Below, piece after piece: positions 55,751 to 64,000 of a stretch of 64,000 nucleotides of DNA (position 1 is its first letter; each line of letters begins with the position of its first letter). The translations under genes and the position numbers were made by a program. The stretch lies in the NCBI GenBank assembly GCA_963701965.1, contig OY969695.1, forward strand, positions 3,424,001 through 3,488,000. Direction: 5' to 3'. Source of the stretch: an uncultured Gemmatimonadales bacterium. GTDB taxonomy: Bacteria > Gemmatimonadota > Gemmatimonadetes > Gemmatimonadales > Gemmatimonadaceae. The notes below the pieces were generated by a model. That model saw nothing but the letters and a program-made list of their open reading frames with translations. It had not been told where the DNA came from and did not search any database.

Positions 55751-56908
55751 CTAGGCTGTCGGTCCCAAATAGTTCGCCAACGAGAGACCGAGCACGCGGC
55801 TGGTCGCTTCGTACGCCGCGCTCAGCGCCGTCTGCGCGGTCAGGAGCTGCGTCGCCACCTGCGCCGTATTGATATTCTCGATATTCCCCTGCTGGGTGCT
55901 CAGGCTCGCCGCCTGGGTCGACTGCGTGCTGGCCGTGTTCTGCATCGTCTGCAGTGTCACGCCGGTCTCACTCTGGAGCCCCAGCACCTGCGTCTGCGTG
56001 CTCTCCAGCTGCGTGGTGGCCGAGGAGATCGTGTCGCTGGTCCCGGTCTGGAGCGCCTGCAGGGTCCCCTGGAGGGCGGCGATCGTGTTGCCGAAGATCT
56101 GGTCGCCGGTATGGTTCGTCGACACGGTCTGGCCGCTGCCAATGAGCGCTTGCGGGCGGTTCGTATCGCCCTGATAGGACAGGCCGGATGCGACGGCGAT
56201 CGTTTGCTTGTTGAGCGCCGCGACCGTGAACCCGGTGCCCGCCGCGATGGTGACGCCGAGGGTGCTGAAATTGAGCGCCGTCGTGCCGTTGGTCACGCCC
56301 GTGATCGTCTGCGACTGCGTCGGATCGCTCTGATTCGTCAGTGTGACGTCGCCGGCGCCGTCGGTGGTCAATTCGTAGACACCGGCTTCCGCGCCACTGC
56401 CCACAGTGACCGCACCGTCGGTCGCGCTGAGACTCGTGCCAACGAGTCCCGCCGTGCCAGGGGGCGTGGCCTGCATCGGCGGCTGGTCGGTCTTCAAGCC
56501 TCCAAAGACGTAGTTGGAGCCCACCTGCGTATTCGCCAGGTCGACGACCTGTTGCAGCAAGTCGTTGATCTCGGTGATCGCCGAGGTCCGGGTGGAGTCC
56601 CCGGGCTGCGAGTTGGCCGCGCTGGCCGCGCTCGACTGCGCCGAGGCCAGCATCTGGTTCACCGCCGTCTCCACCGAATCCTCGGTATCGAGATTCGTCT
56701 GGACGACAGCCTGATTCTGCTGGTACTGGGTGATCGCCGCCTGATTGAACGAGATGTTTATGACCTGACCCGTTCCCTGTGGGTCATCCGACGGCTGATT
56801 GAGCTTACGCTGCGTCGCCAACTCCCCGGCAAGTTGCTGGAGCTGGCTGTCCTGCGTCATTATGCCGTTGACCAGCGTTTGGTACCGGCTGAGGTCTGAA
56901 ATTCCCAT
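55751..56908 (-). CDS. flgL: Flagellar hook-associated protein 3
   Basis: LATQRKLNQPSDDP, LANTQVGSNYVFGG, YQGD, ALSAAYEATSRVLGLSLANYL. Confidence 0.87.
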   Translation of the reverse strand: MGISDLSRYQTLVNGIMTQDSQLQQLAGELATQRKLNQPSDDPQGTGQVINISFNQAAITQYQQNQAVVQTNLDTEDSVETAVNQMLASAQSSAASAANSQPGDSTRTSAITEINDLLQQVVDLANTQVGSNYVFGGLKTDQPPMQATPPGTAGLVGTSLSATDGAVTVGSGAEAGVYELTTDGAGDVTLTNQSDPTQSQTITGVTNGTTALNFSTLGVTIAAGTGFTVAALNKQTIAVASGLSYQGDTNRPQALIGSGQTVSTNHTGDQIFGNTIAALQGTLQALQTGTSDTISSATTQLESTQTQVLGLQSETGVTLQTMQNTASTQSTQAASLSTQQGNIENINTAQVATQLLTAQTALSAAYEATSRVLGLSLANYLGPTA

Positions 56909-56915
56909 ATCGTTG

Positions 56916-56942
56916 GTATCGGCAGCTCGGCGAAAAAGTTTA
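56916..56942 (-). promoter_or_regulatory. Sigma28 promoter of flgL
   Basis: Near-consensus TAAA-N15-GCCGATAC, 7 nt before the ATG. Confidence 0.8.
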
Positions 56943-56949
56943 GGGGTTA

Positions 56950-58398
56950 ATGGCGACAATTCTCTGCGTAGACGACGAACCAGCAGTCTGTGCGGTCCTG
57001 GAGCATGCGTTGGCCAAGATCTCGCATACGCCGCTCATAGCCTCCAGCGTGGAAGAGGCGCTCAAGATCGCGGCCAACGGCGGGGTCGACCTCATCATCT
57101 CCGACTATATCATGCCGGGGTTGAACGGTCTCGATCTGATCCGCCTGCTCGAGCGGGAAGGGCACCCGGTGCCCGTCATCATCATGACCGGATTCTCCAG
57201 CATCGAGAACGCGGTCGCGTCCATCAAGACCGGGGCGATCGACTACCTCACGAAGCCGGTGTTGGCCGACACGCTGGAAGTGGCCGTCAACCAGGCGTTG
57301 GAGATGGTGCGCCTCCGCCGTGAAAACGAGTCGTACCGGACCGAGATTCGGAAGTTGCGGTCCACCAAGCGCTTGGTCGGGGACAGCCCGTCGTTCCGCC
57401 GGACAATGGAAGTCGTATCCATGGTGGCGCCCACGCGGGCGACGGTGTTGCTGCACGGCGAGTCGGGCACGGGCAAAGAGCTGTTCGCGCGCGCGGTGCA
57501 CGACCAAAGCCCCCGGGCCGACGGACCATTCATCACGATCAACTGTGCCGCCATGCCGGAAGGGCTGGTGGAGAGCGCCTTGTTCGGGCACGAGAAAGGC
57601 GCGTTCACGGGAGCGACCGTCCGCACCGCGGGCGCGTTCGAGCGCGCCAACGGCGGCACGCTGCTGCTCGATGAAATCTCGGAGATGCGGCTCGACCTCC
57701 AGTCCAAGCTTCTGCGCGTCATTCAGGAGCAGGAGTTCGAGCGCGTGGGCGGGACCCAGCCGATCAAGGTCGACGTCCGGCTGATCGCGACCACGAACCG
57801 CGATCTCAAAGTGGCCGTGGAAGAGGGGCGGTTTCGGAGCGACCTCTATTACCGCCTGAACGTCATGCCGATTCGCACCACGCCATTGCGCGAGCGGCGC
57901 GAAGACATCCCGCGCCTGGCGCAGCATTTCGTGCAGCGGACCGCGGAGAGCCTCGGGCTCAATGTGCCCACCATCGCGCCGGACGCCATGCGGCTGTTGC
58001 TCACCTATGATTGGCCGGGCAATGTCCGGGAGCTCGGCAACGCCATCGAGCGCGCCATCATATTGTCGCGCAACGGAGCGCTCCACCCCGGGCACTTCAC
58101 CGAACACTTGGAGATGTCACCAGCGATGGTAGCCGTACCCAGCCCCGCCGGTCCATCCCGGATGCCGGTCGGCGTCGCCGCGCCAGTCGCGCCAGCGGCG
58201 CCGGCCGCCCTGCCATTCGATCTCGATAGCATCGAGCGCGAGGCCATCGATCGCGCGCTCACCGCCACGGGCGGCAATCGCACCCGGGCCGCGAAACTGC
58301 TCGGCATCAGCGAACGCACCTTGCGCAATAAACTCAACGGACCGACCCCCGCGATCGGCCGCCGGCACTCCGGCGAGACGGAAGAGACGATCAGTTAG
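56950..58398 (+). CDS. Sigma54-dependent NtrC-family response regulator (probable flagellar activator)
   Basis: Receiver domain, GESGTGKE, GAFTGA, WPGNVREL, Fis-type HTH. Confidence 0.92.
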   Translation: MATILCVDDEPAVCAVLEHALAKISHTPLIASSVEEALKIAANGGVDLIISDYIMPGLNGLDLIRLLEREGHPVPVIIMTGFSSIENAVASIKTGAIDYLTKPVLADTLEVAVNQALEMVRLRRENESYRTEIRKLRSTKRLVGDSPSFRRTMEVVSMVAPTRATVLLHGESGTGKELFARAVHDQSPRADGPFITINCAAMPEGLVESALFGHEKGAFTGATVRTAGAFERANGGTLLLDEISEMRLDLQSKLLRVIQEQEFERVGGTQPIKVDVRLIATTNRDLKVAVEEGRFRSDLYYRLNVMPIRTTPLRERREDIPRLAQHFVQRTAESLGLNVPTIAPDAMRLLLTYDWPGNVRELGNAIERAIILSRNGALHPGHFTEHLEMSPAMVAVPSPAGPSRMPVGVAAPVAPAAPAALPFDLDSIEREAIDRALTATGGNRTRAAKLLGISERTLRNKLNGPTPAIGRRHSGETEETIS

Positions 58399-58514
58399 GC
58401 CGGCACTTTCTTCCCCTACGTCGCGCGTTGCCGGGCGCGCCGCCGCGCGGAGGCGAAGAGATAACCACAAGATATAGAACGAGATAACCGCTCAAAACCA
58501 GGCCATGCCGCGAT

Positions 58515-58530
58515 CGGCATGGCCTTTGCT
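58515..58530 (+). promoter_or_regulatory. Sigma54 -24/-12 promoter of the flgB operon
   Basis: CGGCAT-GGCCT-TTGCT downstream of an AT-rich repeat tract. Confidence 0.7.
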
Positions 58531-58576
58531 TTTGCCGGCCTCGACTGTTACGCCCATCGAACTCGTGGAGCCAGAC

Positions 58577-58888
58577 ATGATGATCCGCTCGTTGTTCGGT
58601 CCGGACACGACCGCCGCGATGCTCCGCGGCGGGCTCGAGGAGACCAGCGCCACGCAGCGCGGCATCGCCGCCCGGGTCGCCGCGGTCACGACCTCGAGCG
58701 CCAACGGTGATTTCGCTTCCCAGTTGAACGCCAAGACTGGCGCCGGGGCCACGCGCCCCAGTGAGGCCGATCTCCAACAGGAGATGGCCGCGCTCGCCGA
58801 CACGGAGCTGCGCTACGAGACCTGCGCCAAGCTCCTGCAAGGCGAGTACGCCGGAATCAAGAGCGCCATCCAGACGACCAGTGCCTAA
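58577..58888 (+). CDS. flgB: Flagellar basal-body rod protein FlgB (divergent)
   Basis: First gene before flgC, GGAG RBS, DLQQEMAALADTELRYE C-terminal motif; the usual NIAN/TPGY motif is degenerate. Confidence 0.7.
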   Translation: MMIRSLFGPDTTAAMLRGGLEETSATQRGIAARVAAVTTSSANGDFASQLNAKTGAGATRPSEADLQQEMAALADTELRYETCAKLLQGEYAGIKSAIQTTSA

Positions 58889-59315
58889 TATCGTCCCCGT
58901 CCCCCGCGCCCATCTGCTGCCGCGACCCATCCGGCAGCTCTTCCGACCGCTGGCCATCAGCGAGGTCGGGATGAGCGCCCAGCAGAATTTCATGGAGACG
59001 ATCTCGGCGAACATCGCGAACGCCGAGACGACGCGCACGGCCGAGGGCGGCCCTTATCACCGGCGTGTCGCCGTCATTCACGGCAGCGCGTCGGGCAACG
59101 GCGTCACCGCGCAGGTGCTCGAGGACAAGTCGGACGGCCGCATGGTCTACGATCCGGGACACCCGGACGCGGACGCCAATGGCTACGTCCGCATGCCGAA
59201 CGTCGACATCCCCACCGAAACGGTTGACCTGATGGTCGCGCGCCGGATGCACGAGGCCAACGCCACGGCCTTCCAGGCCGCCAAGGCCATGCTGCGTCGC
59301 GCCCTGGATATCTGA
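58881..59315 (+). CDS. flgC: Flagellar basal-body rod protein FlgC
   Basis: ISANIANAETTRT, GGPYHRR, YDPGHPDADANGYVRMPNV. Confidence 0.95.
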   Translation: MPNIVPVPRAHLLPRPIRQLFRPLAISEVGMSAQQNFMETISANIANAETTRTAEGGPYHRRVAVIHGSASGNGVTAQVLEDKSDGRMVYDPGHPDADANGYVRMPNVDIPTETVDLMVARRMHEANATAFQAAKAMLRRALDI

Positions 59316-59329
59316 GAGGACCATACCCG

Positions 59330-59569
59330 ATGCACGTGTCCGGCCCCAACGGCGCCAACCCCTATCTCAATGTCCTGTCGCCGCAACCGGCGCCGAAGCC
59401 GCAGGCCGCGGCAAAGCCTGATGCCGCGCTCTGGAACGTCTTGACCGATGAAGAGAAGGGCTTCTTCGAACAACTCGCGTCCATGGGACCGCTGACGTAC
59501 GGCGGCCGTGGGGCGCAGCAGCAACCGGCCGAGGCCCCCCTCGGCCAACGCATCGACGTGCGAGGCTAG
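59330..59569 (+). CDS. Small hypothetical protein between flgC and fliE
   Basis: GAGGA RBS, 79 aa, ends GQRIDVRG, fits the operon spacing. Confidence 0.65.
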   Translation: MHVSGPNGANPYLNVLSPQPAPKPQAAAKPDAALWNVLTDEEKGFFEQLASMGPLTYGGRGAQQQPAEAPLGQRIDVRG

Positions 59570-59572
59570 CCG

Positions 59573-59875
59573 ATGACGATCCCGATACGTCCTGACGGAC
59601 CGATATCGATCCCAATCGGCGGCCCGCACGGCCCCTTGGAGACGGAGCCGAGCGGTGCATCGTTCGGCGATCTGCTCAAGCACGGACTGGGCGAAGTGTC
59701 CGGCTTGCAGGACGACTCCCAAAACATGATCGCCTCGTTCTTGAGAGGCGACCCGGTCGAGCTGCACCAGGTCGTCGCGTCGGCCGAAGAAGCCGGCATC
59801 GCGGTCGACCTGCTGGTGCAGATGCGCAACAAACTCACCAATGCATATCGCACGGTGATGAACACCCAGATCTGA
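59573..59875 (+). CDS. fliE: Flagellar hook-basal body protein FliE
   Basis: SFGDLL, ELHQVV, VQMRNKLTNAYRTVMNTQI. Confidence 0.92.
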   Translation: MTIPIRPDGPISIPIGGPHGPLETEPSGASFGDLLKHGLGEVSGLQDDSQNMIASFLRGDPVELHQVVASAEEAGIAVDLLVQMRNKLTNAYRTVMNTQI

Positions 59876-59880
59876 CGTAA

Positions 59881-61377
59881 GTGGCTACGCTCGTTCCGGC
59901 GGACCTTCTCGCCCAGACTCGTGCCTTTGGCGCGGCCAACCGCCGATTCGCGGCGCTCGGCCTCATCATCGGCGGCCTCGCCGTCCTGTGGGTCGCCAGC
60001 AAGTGGATGACGGGGCCGACCTACGTGACGCTGTACCACGACATCGAGCTGTCCGCGATGAGCGGCATGACGGAGAGCTTGACCAAGGGCGGCATCGCGT
60101 ACCGCTTGGAGAGCGGCGGCAGCGAGATCCTGGTGCCCGTGCAGGACGTGGCCCGCGCCCGCGTGCTCTTGGCCAAAGACGGCATGCCCATGTCGGGCCG
60201 GCCGGGCATGGAGCTCTTCGACAAGCCGACGTGGGGCATGACCGACTTCACGCAGCGGGTCACCTATCGGCGCGCGCTCGAGGGCGAGCTGTCCCGCACC
60301 ATCGGTTCATTGGAGGGGGTCCAGCGCGCCGAAGTCCACCTGGCGTTGCCGGAGGACAGTCCGCTCCGCCGGCTCAATCGCCCGGCCGAGGCGGCCGTCG
60401 TCGTGAGCCTCAGGCCGGGTGGGATGCTCACGCCCGGAGTCGTCCAGGGCATCTCTTATATAGTCTCGAACAGCGTGGAAGGCCTGCCCGCGCAAAACGT
60501 CGCGGTCATCGACGCCGCCGGCCGCCTCTTGTCGTCACCCGTCGACACCGGGACATCCGGGCTGTCGTCGCGGCAGCTCGACATGCAGCGCGCCACCGAG
60601 AAGGAACTGGGCGACAAGATCAATGGGCTGGTGGCGACGGTACTGGGCCCGGGGCATAGCCGCGTGCAGATCGCGGCCAAGATGGACTTCGACCAGACCG
60701 AGCGCACCACCGAGACGTACGATCCCGACGGGCAGGTGCTCAATACCGAGCAACGCAGCGAAGCCACGGGTGACCAGACCGAGGCGGGTAGCGGCAACCA
60801 GACCGTCATCAGCAACACGTACGCGAACACCAAGAAGGTCGAGCGCACCATCGGCTCGACGGGCACGATCAACAAGCTGACCGTCGCCGTCTTCGTCGAC
60901 GAAAAGGCGCTCGCCAAGAGCGCGGCGACGCCGGCCAAGGCCGACTCGACGCTCAAGAGCTTCAATGCCGCGATCCGGAATGCGATCGGACTCGACACCG
61001 CGCGGGGCGATCGCCTGACCTTGGCGACCATGCCGTTCGAGATCGACCCGCTGGCGATCACGAAACTCCCGGCCGATTCGGCGCCCAAGCGCGACGTGCT
61101 GGTCGTGGTCGAGCGCTTCAGCCGCCCGGTCATCATGCTCATCGGTATCGCGCTCGCGTTCGTGCTGGCGCTCAAGCTGATGGCGGCGGCGCCCGGATCG
61201 CCGGGGTCCGCGCCCGGCGCGCTGGCATCGGGATCCGCCGAGCTGGCCACGCCCGTCGCGCCGATCGTCATGGCTGACGCCACGCACCGGCTCAAGGCTG
61301 GCGTGCGCAACCACATGTCCGAGGAGCCGGCCCAGGCCGCACAGGTCGTCCGGGCCTGGATCGGGGAATCGCGCTGA
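59881..61377 (+). CDS. fliF: Flagellar M-ring protein FliF
   Basis: GMELFDK...GMTDFTQ...RRALEGELSRTI, two TM segments. Confidence 0.93.
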   Translation: MATLVPADLLAQTRAFGAANRRFAALGLIIGGLAVLWVASKWMTGPTYVTLYHDIELSAMSGMTESLTKGGIAYRLESGGSEILVPVQDVARARVLLAKDGMPMSGRPGMELFDKPTWGMTDFTQRVTYRRALEGELSRTIGSLEGVQRAEVHLALPEDSPLRRLNRPAEAAVVVSLRPGGMLTPGVVQGISYIVSNSVEGLPAQNVAVIDAAGRLLSSPVDTGTSGLSSRQLDMQRATEKELGDKINGLVATVLGPGHSRVQIAAKMDFDQTERTTETYDPDGQVLNTEQRSEATGDQTEAGSGNQTVISNTYANTKKVERTIGSTGTINKLTVAVFVDEKALAKSAATPAKADSTLKSFNAAIRNAIGLDTARGDRLTLATMPFEIDPLAITKLPADSAPKRDVLVVVERFSRPVIMLIGIALAFVLALKLMAAAPGSPGSAPGALASGSAELATPVAPIVMADATHRLKAGVRNHMSEEPAQAAQVVRAWIGESR

Positions 61378-62403
61378 TGGCGCTCCAGTTTCCGCGGCAG
61401 GAGGCGGAGCTGACGGGCGTCCAGAAGGCGGCCGTCCTCATGATCGCGGTTGGCAAGGACAAGAGCGCCGCGATCCTCCAGCATCTGACACCCGAGGAAG
61501 TCGAGGCCATCTCGAAAGAGATCGCCGCCCTCCGGACGGTGAAGGCCGACGTCGTCAATGCGGTACTCAACGAGTACCAGGGCGTCGCCCGCGCCGTGCA
61601 GTCGTTCGCGACCGGCGGCCCGGAGGTCGCGCAGGAGATCCTGGAGGCCGCCGTGGGATCGGATCGCGCCAAGGTCATCTTCGTGCGCATTCGCGAGGCG
61701 CTGGTGCCGACCGCGCTTGGCAAGCTCAAAAAGGCGCCGCCGGACATGCTCTTGAGCGTTCTCCGCGGCGAGCACCCGCAAACGTTGGCGCTCATCCTCG
61801 CCCACCTGGACAGCGCGCAAGCGGCCCTCGTCATCGAGCTCATGGAGCCGGTGTTGGCGGGCGAGGTGCTGTACCGAATGGCCTCGATGGACAAAGTCTC
61901 GCCGGACATGCTGGCGCTGGTCGAAGATGGCCTGCGGTCGAAAACCGACCTGACGCTGACGCAGGAGATGACGCTGTCGGGCGGACCCAAGGCGGTCGCC
62001 CAGAATGCTCAACTTCGCGCCGCCGTCGATCGAGCAGGCGTTGATCGCCAGCATCGGCGAGCGCGATGAGGCGCTGGCCACGCAGATCAAAGATCTCATG
62101 TTCGTGTTCGAGGACCTGGTCCTGCTCGACGGGCGGTCGATGCAGCGCGTCCTCCGCGATGTCGACGGCAAGGAGCTGGCGGTGGCGCTCAAAGTCGCCA
62201 GCGAAGCGCTCAAACAGCACATCTACCAGAACATGTCGGAACGCGCCGCGGCGGCGCTCAAGGAGGAGTTGGAGTACCTGGGCGCCGTCAAGGTCAAGGA
62301 TGTCGAGGCGGCGCACATGAACATCGTGCAGCGCGTGCGCGCGCTGCAGGAGACGAACGAGATCACGATCTCGGGACGGGGCGGCGGCAATGTCATCCTT
62401 TAA
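61377..62403 (+). CDS. fliG: Flagellar motor switch protein FliG, +1 frameshift at ~62005
   Basis: QKAAVLM, EHPQTLALILAHL, GGPKAVA; after one-base removal QMLNF...MFVFEDL...NMSERAA. Confidence 0.9.
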
Positions 62404-62971
62404 ACGGTGGTCGCTGCCGGACTTCGCGGTGGTGCCCGGGGATGCGCCGGTGCTGCCCGCTCCCGTCACAATGGAAGAGGCCTACGCCCGCGGGTACACG
62501 AACGGCTCCAACGACGGGTACAGCGAGGGGATGCGCGACGGCCTGCGCGACGGGGCCGGCGAGGGCGAGCGCCGGTTCGGAACGGCGTGTGAGGCGGTGG
62601 AAGCCGCCGCGCAGGCGTTGCGCGAGGCGCACGCGACGGCCGTGGCCGAGATCGAGGAGACGTTGACGGTGCTGGCCCTGGCCGTGGCCCGTCGCATCAT
62701 CCAGCGCGAAGTCACCGCCGACCCGACGGTCGTGCCGGACTTGGTGCGGCGCGCGGTCGAGACGCTGACGTCGGACACGCCGCCCACGGTCCGCCTCAAT
62801 CCCGACGACCTGGCCACGCTCAGCGACGCCGGGCGCCGCCTGGAAGTCGAGTGGGTGGCCGATCACGAGGTGGAACGCGGGGGGTTCATCATCGAGACGC
62901 CGCACCGGGTGCTCGACGGCCGCCTCGATGGGATGCTGCGCAACTTCTACGAGCATCTCCGCAATGTCTGA
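62390..62971 (+). CDS. fliH: Flagellar assembly protein FliH
   Basis: GxxxG repeats (GYTNG...GYSEG...DG), [17 protein letters not shown]. Confidence 0.87.
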   Translation: MSSFKRWSLPDFAVVPGDAPVLPAPVTMEEAYARGYTNGSNDGYSEGMRDGLRDGAGEGERRFGTACEAVEAAAQALREAHATAVAEIEETLTVLALAVARRIIQREVTADPTVVPDLVRRAVETLTSDTPPTVRLNPDDLATLSDAGRRLEVEWVADHEVERGGFIIETPHRVLDGRLDGMLRNFYEHLRNV

Positions 62972-64000
62972 GGCGTTTCGGACGGACGCGCTGCGGCGCA
63001 TCGAGGAGACGCCGCGATTCACGGTCTACGGGCGCGTGACGCGGGTCATCGGCCAGGTGATCGAAAGCTCCTGGCTGCCGGTGGCGCTGGGCGAGATTTG
63101 CCGCATCGAGAGCGCCCACTTGGAGCGGGTGACGGCGCAGGTGGTGGGCTTTCACGAACGGGGCATCCTGCTGGTGCCGCTCCGGGGGCTGGACGGCCTG
63201 CAGGCGGGAGCGACGGTGCGCCCACTGGGCCGCCCGCTCGACTGCATCGTCGGCGACTCGCTCATCGGACGCGTGATCGATGGCCTGGGACGCCCGATCG
63301 ATGGCCTCGGGCCGCTCGGTGGCACCAAACGCAGCTCGCTGCAGGCGCATCCGCCGAACCCGCTGCGCCGCGCGCGCATCGGCTCGCCGCTGCCCACCGG
63401 TGTGCGCGTCCTGGATGGTCTGGTCACGCTCGGCCGGGGCCAGCGCGTGGGTATCATGGCCGGGAGCGGCGTCGGAAAAAGCGTCCTCCTCGGCATGATC
63501 GCGCGCCATACCGCGGCGCAGGTCAACGTGATCGCGCTGCTCGGCGAACGCGGCCGCGAGGTCCGCGAGTTCATCGAACGCGATCTCGGGCCCGAAGGCC
63601 TGGCCCGCTCCGTCGTCGTCGTGGCGACCAGCGACCAGTCGGCGGTGCTGCGGGCCACGGGGGCGTTCGTGGCCACGACGATCGCCGAGTATTTCCGCGA
63701 TCAGGGAAAAGACGTGCTGCTCATGGTCGACTCGATCACCCGCGTCGCCATGGCGTGGCGCGAGACGGGTCTGGCGATCGGCGAGCCGCCCACGACCAAG
63801 GGATATCCGCCGTCGGTGTTCGCGCAGCTGCCGCGCTTGCTGGAACGCGCCGGGACTGGTGAGCGGGGCAGCATCACGGGCCTCTATACCGTGCTCGTCG
63901 AAGGCGACGACTTCAACGAGCCGGTCGCCGATGCGGCGCGGTCGATCCTCGACGGGCACATCGTGTTGAGCCGGCGCCTGGCGGCCGGAAAGCAGTTTCC
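62964..64000 (+). CDS. fliI: Flagellar export ATPase FliI (runs off the right edge)
   Basis: Manual translation [12 protein letters not shown]...[15 protein letters not shown]...GERGREV...DSITR...[12 protein letters not shown]...[11 protein letters not shown]. Confidence 0.93.
   Translation, partial: MSEAFRTDALRRIEETPRFTVYGRVTRVIGQVIESSWLPVALGEICRIESAHLERVTAQVVGFHERGILLVPLRGLDGLQAGATVRPLGRPLDCIVGDSLIGRVIDGLGRPIDGLGPLGGTKRSSLQAHPPNPLRRARIGSPLPTGVRVLDGLVTLGRGQRVGIMAGSGVGKSVLLGMIARHTAAQVNVIALLGERGREVREFIERDLGPEGLARSVVVVATSDQSAVLRATGAFVATTIAEYFRDQGKDVLLMVDSITRVAMAWRETGLAIGEPPTTKGYPPSVFAQLPRLLERAGTGERGSITGLYTVLVEGDDFNEPVADAARSILDGHIVLSRRLAAGKQF

Noticed and set aside
3502..62007. Calling the six frameshifted genes pseudogenes
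   Set aside because: Each has a single +1 event, mostly in the same motif, and no other decay; sequencing error is more likely.

Overview
High-GC bacterial window, probably Gemmatimonadota (inferred from the TonB/carboxypeptidase-regulatory-domain receptors, the M14 peptidase style and gene context; not proven). The left ~35 kb is mixed: three TonB-type receptors, an ABC exporter, peptidases and hydrolases, a LysR/TauE/DUF1634 module, an HTH-TOBE regulator, a selenocysteine NAD-linked formate dehydrogenase cluster (in-frame TGA plus SECIS, split alpha subunit), a kinase-M23-aminotransferase fusion and an ECF sigma factor. The right ~29 kb is a flagellar locus: cheZ-cheY-flgM, alphaproteobacterial-type flaF/flbT and flagellin, two FlmG-like TPR-glycosyltransferases around a pseudaminic-acid-type pathway with extra tailoring enzymes, flgL, a sigma54 activator and flgBC-fliEFGHI. 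Main points of interest: (1) a three-copy twin-hairpin repeat with covarying stems, one copy inserted in frame inside a hydrolase gene; (2) a hybrid sigma54 / sigma28-FlgM / FlbT-FlaF flagellar circuit, with three AGAA-loop hairpins in the flagellin leader; (3) a PseH-less glycan tailoring cassette; (4) five +1 frameshifts that all fall at CAGATG, probably systematic sequencing errors; (5) many apparently leaderless genes. No rRNA, tRNA, CRISPR array or transposase was seen.
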